The translations under genes and the position numbers were made by a program. 64,000 nt of DNA from Calditrichaceae bacterium (GTDB taxonomy: Bacteria > Calditrichota > Calditrichia > Calditrichales > JBFXGD01). Positions 39,563-50,695 of the stretch are shown here, in pieces; positions within the stretch are counted from its first letter, which is position 1, and each line of letters opens with the position of its first letter. The stretch lies in assembly GCA_050173015.1 (NCBI GenBank), contig JBFXLE010000002.1, positions 1 through 64,000 of the forward strand, given 5' to 3'. The notes under the pieces are model-generated. The model worked only from the letters and a program-made list of their open reading frames with translations, ran no database searches and had not been told where the DNA came from.

Positions 39563-41599
39563 TTGAATATTTCAAAGCAGTCTGTAAGAACGAAATATAT
39601 TCTTTACATCCTTACAATGTTGATTCTTGTGAATCTTATCGTAATACTGTTTTATCCCAGACTTGTTTATCTCAATTCCCTGAGCAATATGCAGAATGAA
39701 TTCGAAAAACATGTAAAATTCATCACTTCGGCTGTTATAAATGAAAATGAAAGCGATCAGACATTTTCTGAGGAATTAGTGAGTTTTCTTGAACACTACC
39801 CGGGAATACGATATGCATGTGTAAAATTTGATGACCGCACCGTATTTTATCCCGCCGATTCGATGAGGATGGATGTCATTGAATCTCTTGATCCGGGACA
39901 GGTTCACAATATTAACGGTGAGCCTGTTTTTGTGCTGATCTCCGAATGCAATCGTCGCGGGGCAGAGCAGACCACTATAAAAATCTACGCCGGACTGGCG
40001 CCTGAAAAGGCAGGACTTGAAAAAGACAGCGCGATCTACGCAACGATAGTATTCTTTTTATTAACAATGTTTGCCTCGAGTTTGTTGATTCATTTTTTGA
40101 ACCGAATTGTCACAAATCCAACAAGAAAGCTATTAAACATTACTAAACTGCTTTCGGCGGGACAGGTAAAATCGGATAAGATTATAAGTGAATCAAAGGA
40201 ATTCAGGGAAATCAGCGGGAATATATCAGAATTGTCGGGGCAGATTGCCGAATTGAGACAGTTTAAAGAAGATATGCCCAACCTCCTGGACCTTGCGCAT
40301 AAAAAGGAGCGGATGATCCAGGACGCGCTCGATCGTGAAATTGAAATTATGTCCGGACTGGTGCACTTATCCATAGAACTAAAAAAAACAAAATCCAAAT
40401 TTTCAATTTTTTCACGAATTAATCAGGATATTACTGAAAGTTTCGGATATCACATTAGTTTTTTCTTTATTCGGGAGGGGAACTCCTTACGCTATTACAG
40501 TTCACAAATCAAAGGCCTTACTCTCATCAATGATAAACTGGCCAAAGAGTTTGTGGGTTATATTATCCCGGAGAATACAAAAGAATTTATTGAAATAAAT
40601 CAGTCAAATAAATTTATATCATCCACGCCACCTTTTCAGAGCATTCTCGATAAATTTAATCTTAAGGGGACCTTTGCCTTTATTCCTGTTTCCACCTCCA
40701 CACAGAGGCATGGAGCAATAGTGGTAGGGTATCTGGGTGAGAATAAAAGAATATCCGATCAGGATTTGGAGAAAATGGTTCTGCTGGCGAATACCATTGC
40801 CTTTAGCGCGGAGAATTTTGATGTCTTGGCAACCCTCGAGAAAAAAGTGCGTTTACGTACCACTGAGCTCGAAACGACAAATAAATTGCTGGCTGAGTCG
40901 ATTCGTGAAAAAGACAATATGTTAAAACTGGTTTCACATGACTTAAACGCTCCGCTCAGGAATGTGGTGGGGCTGCTGGATTCAATCCATCGTAAATATA
41001 ACGGTCAGCTTGAACCGGATATTATGGATCGTCTTGAAAGAATCCGCAGAAACATGGAAAAAGAAATGCAGATGATCAAGGATATACTAATCAGTTTTAA
41101 AACATTAGAGCAGCACAGTCCCGCCGCGGAAATAGATATGAACATGCTTGTGGAGTCAATTAAAGATGATTTGCAGTTTGAATTTGATAAAAAACATGTG
41201 GTTATTCATATTAATCAAAAATTACCGGTGATTTTTTCAAACTACCATCTTGTCAAACATATATTTTTAAATTTAATAGATAACGCATGTAAATATTTTC
41301 CGGAAAACCATGAAAATAATCAAATAGATATCTCTTTTACGCAAAATTCAGAGGAATTTATTTTTGCAATCTCAGATAACGGAGTTGGTATTCCCCTCAA
41401 CAAACAACAGGATATTTTTCAAAGTTATAAAAAACTCCCGGCATTTTATCCTTCCGCCTCGTTTGGAACGGGTTTGGGATTAACACTTGTTAAAAATATG
41501 GTTGAGAAGCTTGCCGGAAGGATGTGGCTTGAAAGTTCTCCCGGCGCAGGCAGCACATTTTTTATTAGCTTAAGGAAGTTAGATTTCAACCGAATATGA
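39563..41599 (+). CDS. Membrane sensor histidine kinase (HAMP/GAF-like plus HisKA-HATPase)
   Basis: Two TM segments, SHDLNAPL, NLIDNACKY, DNGVGI, GTGLGL, GSTF. Confidence 0.9.
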   Translation: MNISKQSVRTKYILYILTMLILVNLIVILFYPRLVYLNSLSNMQNEFEKHVKFITSAVINENESDQTFSEELVSFLEHYPGIRYACVKFDDRTVFYPADSMRMDVIESLDPGQVHNINGEPVFVLISECNRRGAEQTTIKIYAGLAPEKAGLEKDSAIYATIVFFLLTMFASSLLIHFLNRIVTNPTRKLLNITKLLSAGQVKSDKIISESKEFREISGNISELSGQIAELRQFKEDMPNLLDLAHKKERMIQDALDREIEIMSGLVHLSIELKKTKSKFSIFSRINQDITESFGYHISFFFIREGNSLRYYSSQIKGLTLINDKLAKEFVGYIIPENTKEFIEINQSNKFISSTPPFQSILDKFNLKGTFAFIPVSTSTQRHGAIVVGYLGENKRISDQDLEKMVLLANTIAFSAENFDVLATLEKKVRLRTTELETTNKLLAESIREKDNMLKLVSHDLNAPLRNVVGLLDSIHRKYNGQLEPDIMDRLERIRRNMEKEMQMIKDILISFKTLEQHSPAAEIDMNMLVESIKDDLQFEFDKKHVVIHINQKLPVIFSNYHLVKHIFLNLIDNACKYFPENHENNQIDISFTQNSEEFIFAISDNGVGIPLNKQQDIFQSYKKLPAFYPSASFGTGLGLTLVKNMVEKLAGRMWLESSPGAGSTFFISLRKLDFNRI

Positions 41600-41630
41600 A
41601 TATTTTGAATAAAATAGGGCTGACTCACGG

Positions 41631-42341
41631 ATGGACAAATACAGAATTTTGATTGTTGAAGATGATGAAGATCATGCCTTTCTTGAGGGAGATATCCTGC
41701 GGGATGAGCTCTCATGCGATATTGAAATTGTTTCTTCAAAAAAACAGATGGATGGTGTAAATCTGCTTGAAAAGGATGTCATTCTGCTCGATTTCAATTT
41801 GCCGGACGCGTCCGGCGATGAATTAACAAAAATCATACGTAAGCAGACTGATATACCGATTATTGTAATTACAGGTGACGGGGAACTTACGACGGCGATT
41901 GAAACATTGAAGAACGGAGCGAATGATTTTTTAATCAAATCAGCAGAAAATATAACTTTGCTACCGACGAAGGTGCAAAGAGTCTATGAAGAATATGTAA
42001 ACCGGAAACTGCTGGAGGAGCAGCGGAAGGAAAAGGATGAGATGTTGACAAAAATTGAAACGCTCCGTCAGGTTCTTGCCACGCTTGCTCATTATATAAA
42101 TAACGCCACGACAACGATATACGGTTACGCGCAGCTCTCAGAACAGGATCCCATGAATATTAAACGTTCAAAAAAGTTGTCAAAAATAAGTATTAAGGAA
42201 ACACAAAAGATCACATTTGTGCTGCAGGAGCTGGAGAATTTCATTAATTCAATGGAAATACGCACGACAAATTACGTCAATATTCCTAATGCCATGTTTG
42301 AAATCGAAGAAAATATTAAAAAGAAAATGGAAGAATTGTAG
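41631..42341 (+). CDS. Response regulator with C-terminal DHp (HisKA-like) domain and no ATPase
   Basis: REC (VEDD, LLDFNLPD, GANDFLIK) followed by TLAHYINN.TT.IYGYAQL. Confidence 0.82.
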   Translation: MDKYRILIVEDDEDHAFLEGDILRDELSCDIEIVSSKKQMDGVNLLEKDVILLDFNLPDASGDELTKIIRKQTDIPIIVITGDGELTTAIETLKNGANDFLIKSAENITLLPTKVQRVYEEYVNRKLLEEQRKEKDEMLTKIETLRQVLATLAHYINNATTTIYGYAQLSEQDPMNIKRSKKLSKISIKETQKITFVLQELENFINSMEIRTTNYVNIPNAMFEIEENIKKKMEEL

Positions 42342-42425
42342 CCTCATTTTTGATATATGCCGCTTTTTGGAAACAAAAAAACAGCATTTTTAGTTATATC
42401 TTTCAAATTCTCGGAAAATACATAC

Positions 42426-42454
42426 TTGATACGATAATAATTAATTATTATATT
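42426..42454 (+). promoter_or_regulatory. sigma70-type promoter of the TPR-rpsU operon
   Basis: TTGATA-N17-TATATT. Confidence 0.55.
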
Positions 42455-42519
42455 GAACACTTTTAGTGCGCATTATTGCGTCCGGAAGTAAAATATCTTA
42501 ATAAAGCCGGGAGGTTGGT

Positions 42520-43398
42520 TTGGTGAAAAGAAGTTTTTTTCTTATCGTTTTAATGTTATTAAGTGTACAGCTGGTGTTTGGCCAGTCGACAGTTGAAAAA
42601 GACCCTGCGGCCGGGCAGGCTTATAATGAAGGCAATAACTTTGTAAAAAAACAAAAGTACAATGAAGCGATCAGTAAATATCTTGAAGCGATAAAAGCAG
42701 ATAATAATTTTCCTCAGGCTTATTACATGCTCGGTTACGCTTATAAAAAAACCGGTCAGTATGATAAATCTGAAAATTCCTACAGACAAGCGATCAAATT
42801 AGACAGCCAATTTGAAAAGGCATACATCGCGCTTGCATATCTTCAGTCTGCTTTACAAAAAGACGCTGACGCGATGAACACTTATAAAGCTGTTCTGGCA
42901 TTTAATGAAAATTCCAGTGAAGCAAATTTTGGACTCGGAAAAATACTGTATGATCAGAAGGAAAACAGAGACGCGGTGAGATATCTGGAAAAAGCGGTGA
43001 AAGCAGATCCGGAGTATTCACTTGGATATAATGTGCTTGGATTAGCCTATCAAAACCTCAGAGAATTTGACAAGGCGGTTGGAGCCTTTGAAAATGCGAT
43101 CAAATCCGAAAAGAAAAGAATTAAACAGGGTGATTATTATTACAGGCTGGGTGTTGTATATCTGGCGATGAAAAAGTATAATCAGGCAGAAGAAGCGCTC
43201 AATACAGCGGTAGATTTGTCGAAAAGCAGCACGATAAAAGCTGGCGCGAATTTTAATTTAGCAGAAGTTTATAAAGGTACCGGTCAAACTCAGAAAGCAA
43301 TCCAGCATTATAAGATGGCGGCATCTGACCGTAGCTGGAAACAAGCCGCAGAGTATGAAATTGAAATTTTAACAAATCCCGATAAATATTCATATTAA
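42520..43398 (+). CDS. Exported tetratricopeptide repeat protein
   Basis: Signal peptide and repeated AYYMLG.AY / A..Y..A TPR units. RBS GGAGG. Confidence 0.9.
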   Translation: MVKRSFFLIVLMLLSVQLVFGQSTVEKDPAAGQAYNEGNNFVKKQKYNEAISKYLEAIKADNNFPQAYYMLGYAYKKTGQYDKSENSYRQAIKLDSQFEKAYIALAYLQSALQKDADAMNTYKAVLAFNENSSEANFGLGKILYDQKENRDAVRYLEKAVKADPEYSLGYNVLGLAYQNLREFDKAVGAFENAIKSEKKRIKQGDYYYRLGVVYLAMKKYNQAEEALNTAVDLSKSSTIKAGANFNLAEVYKGTGQTQKAIQHYKMAASDRSWKQAAEYEIEILTNPDKYSY

Positions 43399-43422
43399 TA
43401 AATAGAAAGGTGTGATCCATTT

Positions 43423-43620
43423 ATGATTACTGTCAAAATCCGTGATAATGAACCATTTGAGAAAGCATTCAAAAGATTTACAAAATCTTGTGAAAAATCG
43501 GGATTGATGGCCGATATTAAAAAACATCAGCATTTTGAAAAGCCTAGTGAGCAGAGAAAAAGAAGAATGAACCAGGCTAAAAGAAAGATGCGTAAATTAA
43601 TGGCTGAGATGAATCGATAA
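43423..43620 (+). CDS. rpsU: 30S ribosomal protein S21
   Basis: V.IRDNEPFEKA.KRF, FEKPS. Confidence 0.95.
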   Translation: MITVKIRDNEPFEKAFKRFTKSCEKSGLMADIKKHQHFEKPSEQRKRRMNQAKRKMRKLMAEMNR

Positions 43621-43636
43621 TATAACGGGATGAGTA

Positions 43637-44089
43637 ATGGCTCTTGACGCGAAGATTCATAAGGATATGCAGACTGCCTTGAAGGAAGGCCGAAAATTTG
43701 AACTCTCTACCTTGCGCACTGTCTTCGCGCAGATTAAGGATGAACGGATCAGATTAAAAGCTGAACTGACTGATGAGGATGTGATCAGAGTTCTTTCAAG
43801 CGCGGTGAAAAAACGCAGAGATTCCAGCGAAATGTACAAGCAGGGTAACCGTCAGGATCTTGCGGATAAAGAGCTTCAGGAAATAAGCATTATAGAAAAA
43901 TATCTTCCCGAACAACTATCAGAAGATAAAATCGAAGAGATTTTAACCAGCATCATCGCTGAATCCGGCGCTGTCTCAGTCAAAGATATGGGAAAAGTAA
44001 TGGGGCTGGCGATGAACAGGCTAAAAGGCGCGGCTGACGGAAAAATTGTACAGAATCTTGTAAGGAAACTGCTCTCAATTCAGGAATAA
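43637..44089 (+). CDS. GatB/YqeY domain protein
   Basis: VKKRRDS, R.DLA.KE..E, YLP.QLSE, KDMGKVMG. Confidence 0.93.
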   Translation: MALDAKIHKDMQTALKEGRKFELSTLRTVFAQIKDERIRLKAELTDEDVIRVLSSAVKKRRDSSEMYKQGNRQDLADKELQEISIIEKYLPEQLSEDKIEEILTSIIAESGAVSVKDMGKVMGLAMNRLKGAADGKIVQNLVRKLLSIQE

Positions 44090-44658
44090 TGAACTATTTA
44101 GACATCACACTTATCATCACAATAGCAATATTTACTATCCGGGGATTATTCAGAGGACTAATTACAGAGTTAATGACTCTGGTTGCACTCATCCTCGGGT
44201 TTTTTATTGCTGTATATTATCTTCAACCGGCAGTTCAGCTTTTGCTTGTCTCATTTCCGTCACTCCCTGAATTCGCTGCAAGGATTATCGGTTTTATTGT
44301 CCTCTTTTTTGCCGTGAACCTCACCGTCAGACTTTTAAGTAAACTTCTAAACAGTTTTGCCTCATTAGGATTACTTCAACCGGTTAATAAAATAGCCGGC
44401 GGGGTATTCGGGTTTGTGAAAACCGTTTTCGTTTTAAGTATCATTCTGATAATGATCGAATTTATACCGGGTTCAAATACTTTATTAAATGCAATCGGTA
44501 AAGAAAACAGCATGGTTTACGGTTCGGTGAAAAATTTCGCGCCAAATATTTATAATTTTATTGTTGCATTCATCCCCGGTAATGAGAAATTATATGATCA
44601 GATCATTGACGGTTTTAGACAGGCTGATTCAACCGCAAAAAAATTAATCAATTTTTAA
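44089..44658 (+). CDS. CvpA-family membrane protein
   Basis: MNYLDI, RGL.RG.I.E, NKIAGGVFG. Confidence 0.9.
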   Translation: MNYLDITLIITIAIFTIRGLFRGLITELMTLVALILGFFIAVYYLQPAVQLLLVSFPSLPEFAARIIGFIVLFFAVNLTVRLLSKLLNSFASLGLLQPVNKIAGGVFGFVKTVFVLSIILIMIEFIPGSNTLLNAIGKENSMVYGSVKNFAPNIYNFIVAFIPGNEKLYDQIIDGFRQADSTAKKLINF

Positions 44659-44668
44659 TCAGAGAAAT

Positions 44669-47050
44669 ATGGCAACAATATATGGCTTCGAAAAGGCTAA
44701 ACAAGCCCTCGAATATGACAAAATCATTGATTTTATCTCATCAAAATGTGTTTCCGAAACCGGCAGAAACCGTCTGAGCAATAGTCAGCCGCTGACGGAT
44801 CCTGTAACGCTGAATAAAATTTTAATCCAGATCGGTGAGATGCGGGAGATATATCTCGCGGATGGCGGGCTGCCCATATGGGAGTTTGAGGATATACGGC
44901 TTTTTCTGAACCGGATTGAACCGGCGGAAAGCTATCTGGAGATTGCAGACTGTCTTAAAATTCAGAGTTTTTTGGAAATCGTTGCTGACATAAGCGCGTT
45001 TTTTATCAAATTAAAAGATAAATATCCGGAGCTCACACAAATTGTCGGCAGGCTGGCGGAAAAAAAGACTCTGCTCAATCAGCTCAAATTTACAATCGAT
45101 CCATCCGGCCAGATTTATGATAATGCCAGTAATGAACTGAAAACAATCAGAAAAGCGATTCATCAGCTTCAAAATGAAGTGCATATCCGGTTACAAAGGA
45201 TCATTCGAAAAAATTCGGAATTTCTACAGGAAGAATATATTACCCTAAGGGAGGGCCGGCTTGTCCTTCCCGTGAGAGAGTATTCGGTATCAAAAATCAA
45301 AGGAATTGTCCATGGGCAGTCCGGTTCAGGAGCCACATATTTTGTGGAACCCATGGAAGCGGTTGATCTAAATAATCAGATTCAAAAACTCTTTATGGAT
45401 GAAAATAAAGAGATTATTAAAATTCTAAAACGGCTTTCTAATTCAATTCGTGAAGAACAGACCGATCTCATTAAAAATCTTAATATACTTACCGATTTAG
45501 ATGTGCTTCAGGCAAAGGCAAAGTACGCCAATGAGTTTAATGCCAATTTTCCGGAAGTAAATAATGAATTCTACTGGGACCTGAGAAACGGCAAACACCC
45601 CGTTCTTTTGAAAAAAATTCAGAATGACACCGTTCCACTGAATCTGCTGGTCGGTAAAGATAATAACGAACTGATTATTTCAGGACCGAACGCGGGTGGC
45701 AAAACCGTCACACTAAAAACGATCGGTCTTTTGCAGTTGCTGTTTCAAAGCGGATTCCATATTCCTGTGGATGAGGGAACGCGTATGCCGGTCTGTAGCC
45801 AGATTTTTACCGTCATAGGTGATAAACAGTCAATTGAACAGGATTTAAGCACTTTTTCATCACATATTAAGGATTTAAACGAGATCTTGAATAAAGTTGA
45901 TGATAAGGCGCTTGTCCTGATAGATGAAATAGGCAGCGGAACCGAGCCATCGGGAGGAGCGGCCCTGGCGATTGCTATTCTTGAAAAACTAAACCGTAGG
46001 GGTATTATCACCATCGTGACGACCCATCAGAATCAGTTAAAATCCTTTGGCGGTCAAACGGAGGGCATCGGGAACGCGGCTATGCAGTTCGACAGCAATC
46101 ATTTGACACCCCTGTTTTCACTTGAAATGGGGATTCCCGGGAGCAGTTATACTTTCGAAATCTGCCGGCGTCTGGGGCTCGATGAAAGTATGCTTGAAAG
46201 AGCGGTCTCGATTACAGGGCAGGAGACATTTAAACTGGATCAGCTTTTGGCCGATGTCGTTAGAAAAAGTCAACATTACCGGGAATTATCTGAGAAACTT
46301 AGCATAAAAGAATCTGAACTGAATGGTTTGATCAAGCTTTATGGTATAAAAAATGAGACTTTCACCAAAAATCGTAAAAAATTGGAGAAAGAATCTCTCG
46401 AAGAAGCGAAAATGATCCTCGCCAATGTGAATAAGGAGATAGAAGCGGTTATAAGGGAAATCCGCGAATCCCAGGGTGACCGTACCGTAATAAAAAAGGC
46501 GAAAGAGGCAATCGAAAGAAAGAAAAAGGAAATTGACGCGGGTTTGGGTAAAAAAAAGGGTTCATCTTCGTTAAATATTGAACAACTGGTTCCGGGGCAA
46601 AAAGTACGTTCGAAATCATTCGGCTTCACCGGTGTGGTTTCCAAAATTTTTAAAGGTAAAAAAGAAGTTGAAATAAACAGAGACGGCGTAAAAATAACCG
46701 TTAATTGGGCAGATATTGATATCCTTGATGAACATGGGCAGGTAAAAGATGAACAACCGCGGGAGCAGATGAGACAGCCTTCGGGTATGTCCGGCGTTTC
46801 CGCGAATATACCAAATGAGCTGGATCTGAGAGGGCTGGTGACTGAAGACGCCATCAGTGAGATTGAAGCCTATCTGGACCTCGCTGTATTGAGTTCGTGG
46901 GATGAGGTGTGCCTGATTCACGGAAAAGGCACGGGAGCGCTGCGTCAAGCGGTGCATAAATTTCTTTCAGGATTGAAAAATATTAAATCATTCCGCCTGG
47001 GCAAATGGGGAGAAGGAGATGCCGGGGTCACAATAGTCACTTTGAGATAA
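44669..47050 (+). CDS. mutS2: Endonuclease MutS2
   Basis: SGPNAGGKT, LSTFSSH, DEIGSGT, Smr domain LDLRG..IHGKGTG. Confidence 0.95.
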   Translation: MATIYGFEKAKQALEYDKIIDFISSKCVSETGRNRLSNSQPLTDPVTLNKILIQIGEMREIYLADGGLPIWEFEDIRLFLNRIEPAESYLEIADCLKIQSFLEIVADISAFFIKLKDKYPELTQIVGRLAEKKTLLNQLKFTIDPSGQIYDNASNELKTIRKAIHQLQNEVHIRLQRIIRKNSEFLQEEYITLREGRLVLPVREYSVSKIKGIVHGQSGSGATYFVEPMEAVDLNNQIQKLFMDENKEIIKILKRLSNSIREEQTDLIKNLNILTDLDVLQAKAKYANEFNANFPEVNNEFYWDLRNGKHPVLLKKIQNDTVPLNLLVGKDNNELIISGPNAGGKTVTLKTIGLLQLLFQSGFHIPVDEGTRMPVCSQIFTVIGDKQSIEQDLSTFSSHIKDLNEILNKVDDKALVLIDEIGSGTEPSGGAALAIAILEKLNRRGIITIVTTHQNQLKSFGGQTEGIGNAAMQFDSNHLTPLFSLEMGIPGSSYTFEICRRLGLDESMLERAVSITGQETFKLDQLLADVVRKSQHYRELSEKLSIKESELNGLIKLYGIKNETFTKNRKKLEKESLEEAKMILANVNKEIEAVIREIRESQGDRTVIKKAKEAIERKKKEIDAGLGKKKGSSSLNIEQLVPGQKVRSKSFGFTGVVSKIFKGKKEVEINRDGVKITVNWADIDILDEHGQVKDEQPREQMRQPSGMSGVSANIPNELDLRGLVTEDAISEIEAYLDLAVLSSWDEVCLIHGKGTGALRQAVHKFLSGLKNIKSFRLGKWGEGDAGVTIVTLR

Positions 47051-47063
47051 AGAGGCTTGATAT

Positions 47064-49802
47064 ATGAGCAAGAAACTTTTTCTTGTAGATGGTTCAGCGA
47101 TATATTACCGCAGTTATTTCGCATTTATTCGTAACCCACTTATTAATTCAAAAGGCGAAAATACCTCAGCAACATACGGATTTTTAAATTCAATGATTAA
47201 GTTGATTGAAGATGAGAATCCGGATTACGTCGCGGTTATCTTCGACACTAAGGAACCAACCTTCAGACATAAAATCTATGAGCCATACAAGGCAACACGT
47301 GAGAAAATGCCCGCGGAGATGGCTGATCAGTATCCGCGGCTCGTGAGTACTCTGAAATCATTTGAGTTTATCCTTCTCGAGAAAGATGGATATGAAGCGG
47401 ATGACATCATAGGAACGCTCGCGCATCGCTTTGCATCGCCTGAATTGGATGTGTTCATTTTTTCAGGCGACAAGGATATGGCTCAGCTTGTGAACAAACA
47501 TATTTTTCTATATTTACCAGGTAAAACAGGCCAGCCAGCGGAAATTATGGGCTCTTCTGAGATACAAAAGAAATTCGGGATTAAGCCCGGGCAGATTGTT
47601 GACTGGCTCGCGCTGATCGGTGACACTTCTGATAATATTCCGGGCATTCCAAAGGTAGGACCCAAAACAGCGACACAACTGCTGATGGATTATGGGAGCA
47701 TTGACGGAATCTATGACGGGATTGAGAAACTAAAAGAAGGTGTGGTCAAAAAAAATCTCATTGAATTTAAGGAACAGACATCCTTATCCAGAAAACTCGC
47801 GACAATTGATCTGAATACACCTCTGAATGTTGATTTGAAGGATCTCGAATTTAAAATATGGGATATGGAAGTCGCCGATAAATTACTTAAAGAGCTGGAA
47901 TTCAGACGACTGTATGACAGAATGCTTAAAATCGCGCAGAAATCGGGTACGGGGCAGGCGGAATTATTCAGTAAACAGAAAGATCTCCCGGTCAAATATC
48001 ATCTGATTGATACGGATGATAAATTTATCAAACTGATAGGCGAACTATCAAAGCAAAAGGAATTTGTATTTGATCTTGAAACAAGTTCACTCAATTTCCT
48101 CGATGCTGAAATAGCGGGAATTGCAATCGCCTGGAAGGAGAACGAAGCTTATTACATTCCTCTGAAGCATCCGGATATTATGCTTGATAAAAATATGGTT
48201 ATTGAGACGTTATGGCCAATTTTTACGGACAAAAAAATCAGGAAATCAGGTCAGAATATTAAATATGACGCCAGTATCATGGAGGAAAACGGTATTCCGG
48301 TCGAAGGAATATATTTTGATACGATGATAGCATCATATCTTATCGATCCATCCGGAAGACAGCATAATCTTGATAAAATGGCCGAATATCATCTCAATTA
48401 CCAGACTATTCATATAGAAGAATTGATCGGAACCGGTAAGAATCAAAAACTTATGACAGATATACCTGCCGAAAAAGTCGCGGATTATGCCGCTGAGGAC
48501 GCGGATATCACATTAAAGTTAAGAAATATATTTGCCCCCATCCTCCATAAAAACAACCAGGATAAGCTGTTTCATGAACTGGAAATGCCTCTGGTCCCTG
48601 TTTTAATGAAGATAGAAAGAAACGGGGTTAAACTTGATAAGGAATTTCTCGATAAAATGTCCGTAGAGCTGGGAAGAGAACTCAGCATCACGGAAGATAA
48701 AATTTATGAGATCGCGGGTGAAAAATTCAACATCAATTCCCCGCAGCAGCTGGGATTGATCATGTTTGAGAAGCTCATGATTCAAACTGAGTCAGGTTCC
48801 CGAAAACCGCAGAAGACCAAAACAGGGCAGTATTCAACATCTGAAAATGTTCTTGAAAAATATAGTGAGCATCCGTTGATCGAGAAGATTCTGAATTATC
48901 GTAAATTAACAAAACTAAAAAGCACATACATCGACGCGCTCCCGAAATTAATTCATCCGAAAAGCGGAAAAGTACATACTTCATTCAATCAGACAGTCGC
49001 GGCGACAGGAAGACTTTCGAGCAGTAACCCGAATTTACAAAATATCCCCATAAGAACGGAGCTTGGAAGGGAAATCCGTAAAGCGTTTATAGCCTCTTCA
49101 CAGGATCGCTCAATCCTGAGTGCGGACTATTCGCAGATTGAACTCAGAATAATGGCGCATTTATCAAAAGATGAAACGATGATAGAAAGTTTTAAGAATA
49201 AAGCGGATATTCATGCTTCCACAGCGGCGTTAATTTTTGATATTCCGATTGCCGATGTTATGCCGGATCACCGAAGAAAAGCGAAAGAAATCAATTTCGG
49301 TATTATGTATGGTATGAATGAATACGGACTCGCAAATCGCCTTAAAATAAGTAACGGAGAGGCGAAAGATTTCATTTACGGCTATTTCGCGACTTATCCC
49401 GGTATTCAGGCATTTATGCGACAATGCATAGCCCGGGCATCAGAGAGCGGATATGTTGAAACCATCATGCATCGCAGAAGATATTTACCTGAAATTAAGA
49501 GTACGAACCGACAGGTCAGAGAATTCGCGGAAAGAACCGCCATAAACACACCGATTCAGGGATCGGCCGCTGATTTGATTAAAAAAGCGATGATTGACAT
49601 CCATGAATATCTGAAAATAGAAAAAATTGACGCGAGAATGATTCTTCAGGTACATGATGAGCTTGTTTTTGATGTTGCTAATTCCGTTGTCGATGATTTC
49701 AGTAAAAAAATCAAATCAATTATGGAAAACACCATAAAATTATCTGTCCCGATAATAGTGGATACTGGTGTCGGCAACAATTGGCTGGAGGCGCATCAGT
49801 AA
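47064..49802 (+). CDS. polA: DNA polymerase I
   Basis: LVDGS, EADDIIG, FDLET, TGRLSS, ADYSQIELR, LQVHDEL. Confidence 0.98.
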   Translation: MSKKLFLVDGSAIYYRSYFAFIRNPLINSKGENTSATYGFLNSMIKLIEDENPDYVAVIFDTKEPTFRHKIYEPYKATREKMPAEMADQYPRLVSTLKSFEFILLEKDGYEADDIIGTLAHRFASPELDVFIFSGDKDMAQLVNKHIFLYLPGKTGQPAEIMGSSEIQKKFGIKPGQIVDWLALIGDTSDNIPGIPKVGPKTATQLLMDYGSIDGIYDGIEKLKEGVVKKNLIEFKEQTSLSRKLATIDLNTPLNVDLKDLEFKIWDMEVADKLLKELEFRRLYDRMLKIAQKSGTGQAELFSKQKDLPVKYHLIDTDDKFIKLIGELSKQKEFVFDLETSSLNFLDAEIAGIAIAWKENEAYYIPLKHPDIMLDKNMVIETLWPIFTDKKIRKSGQNIKYDASIMEENGIPVEGIYFDTMIASYLIDPSGRQHNLDKMAEYHLNYQTIHIEELIGTGKNQKLMTDIPAEKVADYAAEDADITLKLRNIFAPILHKNNQDKLFHELEMPLVPVLMKIERNGVKLDKEFLDKMSVELGRELSITEDKIYEIAGEKFNINSPQQLGLIMFEKLMIQTESGSRKPQKTKTGQYSTSENVLEKYSEHPLIEKILNYRKLTKLKSTYIDALPKLIHPKSGKVHTSFNQTVAATGRLSSSNPNLQNIPIRTELGREIRKAFIASSQDRSILSADYSQIELRIMAHLSKDETMIESFKNKADIHASTAALIFDIPIADVMPDHRRKAKEINFGIMYGMNEYGLANRLKISNGEAKDFIYGYFATYPGIQAFMRQCIARASESGYVETIMHRRRYLPEIKSTNRQVREFAERTAINTPIQGSAADLIKKAMIDIHEYLKIEKIDARMILQVHDELVFDVANSVVDDFSKKIKSIMENTIKLSVPIIVDTGVGNNWLEAHQ

Positions 49803-49803
49803 T

Positions 49804-50685
49804 TTAACACGTAACGCTCAGTCCTTCCCGCGCGGCCAATATTTCGATGTCGCCCTTTAATTCGAGGGCCAGTTTTTGGGCATTCATGAGCATATTATCA
49901 ATAAAGTCATCATTATGCTGCGGATCATGGTGAAACAGAATTAGTTTTTTGACTCCCGCTTCAATGGCTAGTTTTACGGTATAATCGTACGGAGAATGTC
50001 CCCACGTTACATGTTTACTATACTCTTCCGGTGTGTATTGCGCGTCATGGATTAAAATTGATGCGTCTTTTATAAATTTAATCAGCTTATTTTTTCCGTC
50101 ATCCGTGATAAATGAACCAGGCTCCAATGCTGTTAATTCATTGTTGTTCGCTTCCGGCAAAGGTTCATTATCACTGATATAAACGATTTTTTTTGTTCCC
50201 AAAGTAAATTTATACCCCAACGCGTTGCCCGGATGATTGACGTAAATTGTCTGAATTTCTATCCCGTCTATTATGTAGTCACCTTCGTACAGCCGCTGAA
50301 ACTCCAGCTTCGCGCCCATATCACTTAGTTCAATCGGAAAATATGTGGGATCCATTTGTCCGGCAATAATATCGGCCAGACTTTTATCAGAATCCTCGGC
50401 GCCGTAAAAAACAAAATGATTGCCCGGTATATAAGCCGGTGTGAAAAAGGGTATTCCCTGAATATGATCCCAATGCATATGACTGATAAATATATTTGCT
50501 GTGATACTTGATTTTGATTTCATGAGTTCATTTCCCAGGGCTCGCAGGCCTGAACCCCCGTCAAGTATCACTAACTTGTCTTTGTGTCTTAATTCGATAC
50601 AGGCCGTATTCCCGCCATATCTGACCGTATCAGGACCGGGTGTCGGGATCGAACCGCGTACACCCCAAAATTTTAAACTTGTCAT
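49804..50685 (-). CDS. MBL-fold metallohydrolase (possible cyclic-nucleotide phosphodiesterase)
   Basis: FWGVRGSIPTP, SHMHWDHIQG, HDAQY, WGHS, FHHDP. Confidence 0.88.
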   Translation of the reverse strand: MTSLKFWGVRGSIPTPGPDTVRYGGNTACIELRHKDKLVILDGGSGLRALGNELMKSKSSITANIFISHMHWDHIQGIPFFTPAYIPGNHFVFYGAEDSDKSLADIIAGQMDPTYFPIELSDMGAKLEFQRLYEGDYIIDGIEIQTIYVNHPGNALGYKFTLGTKKIVYISDNEPLPEANNNELTALEPGSFITDDGKNKLIKFIKDASILIHDAQYTPEEYSKHVTWGHSPYDYTVKLAIEAGVKKLILFHHDPQHNDDFIDNMLMNAQKLALELKGDIEILAAREGLSVTC

Positions 50686-50695
50686 CAAAAAACCT

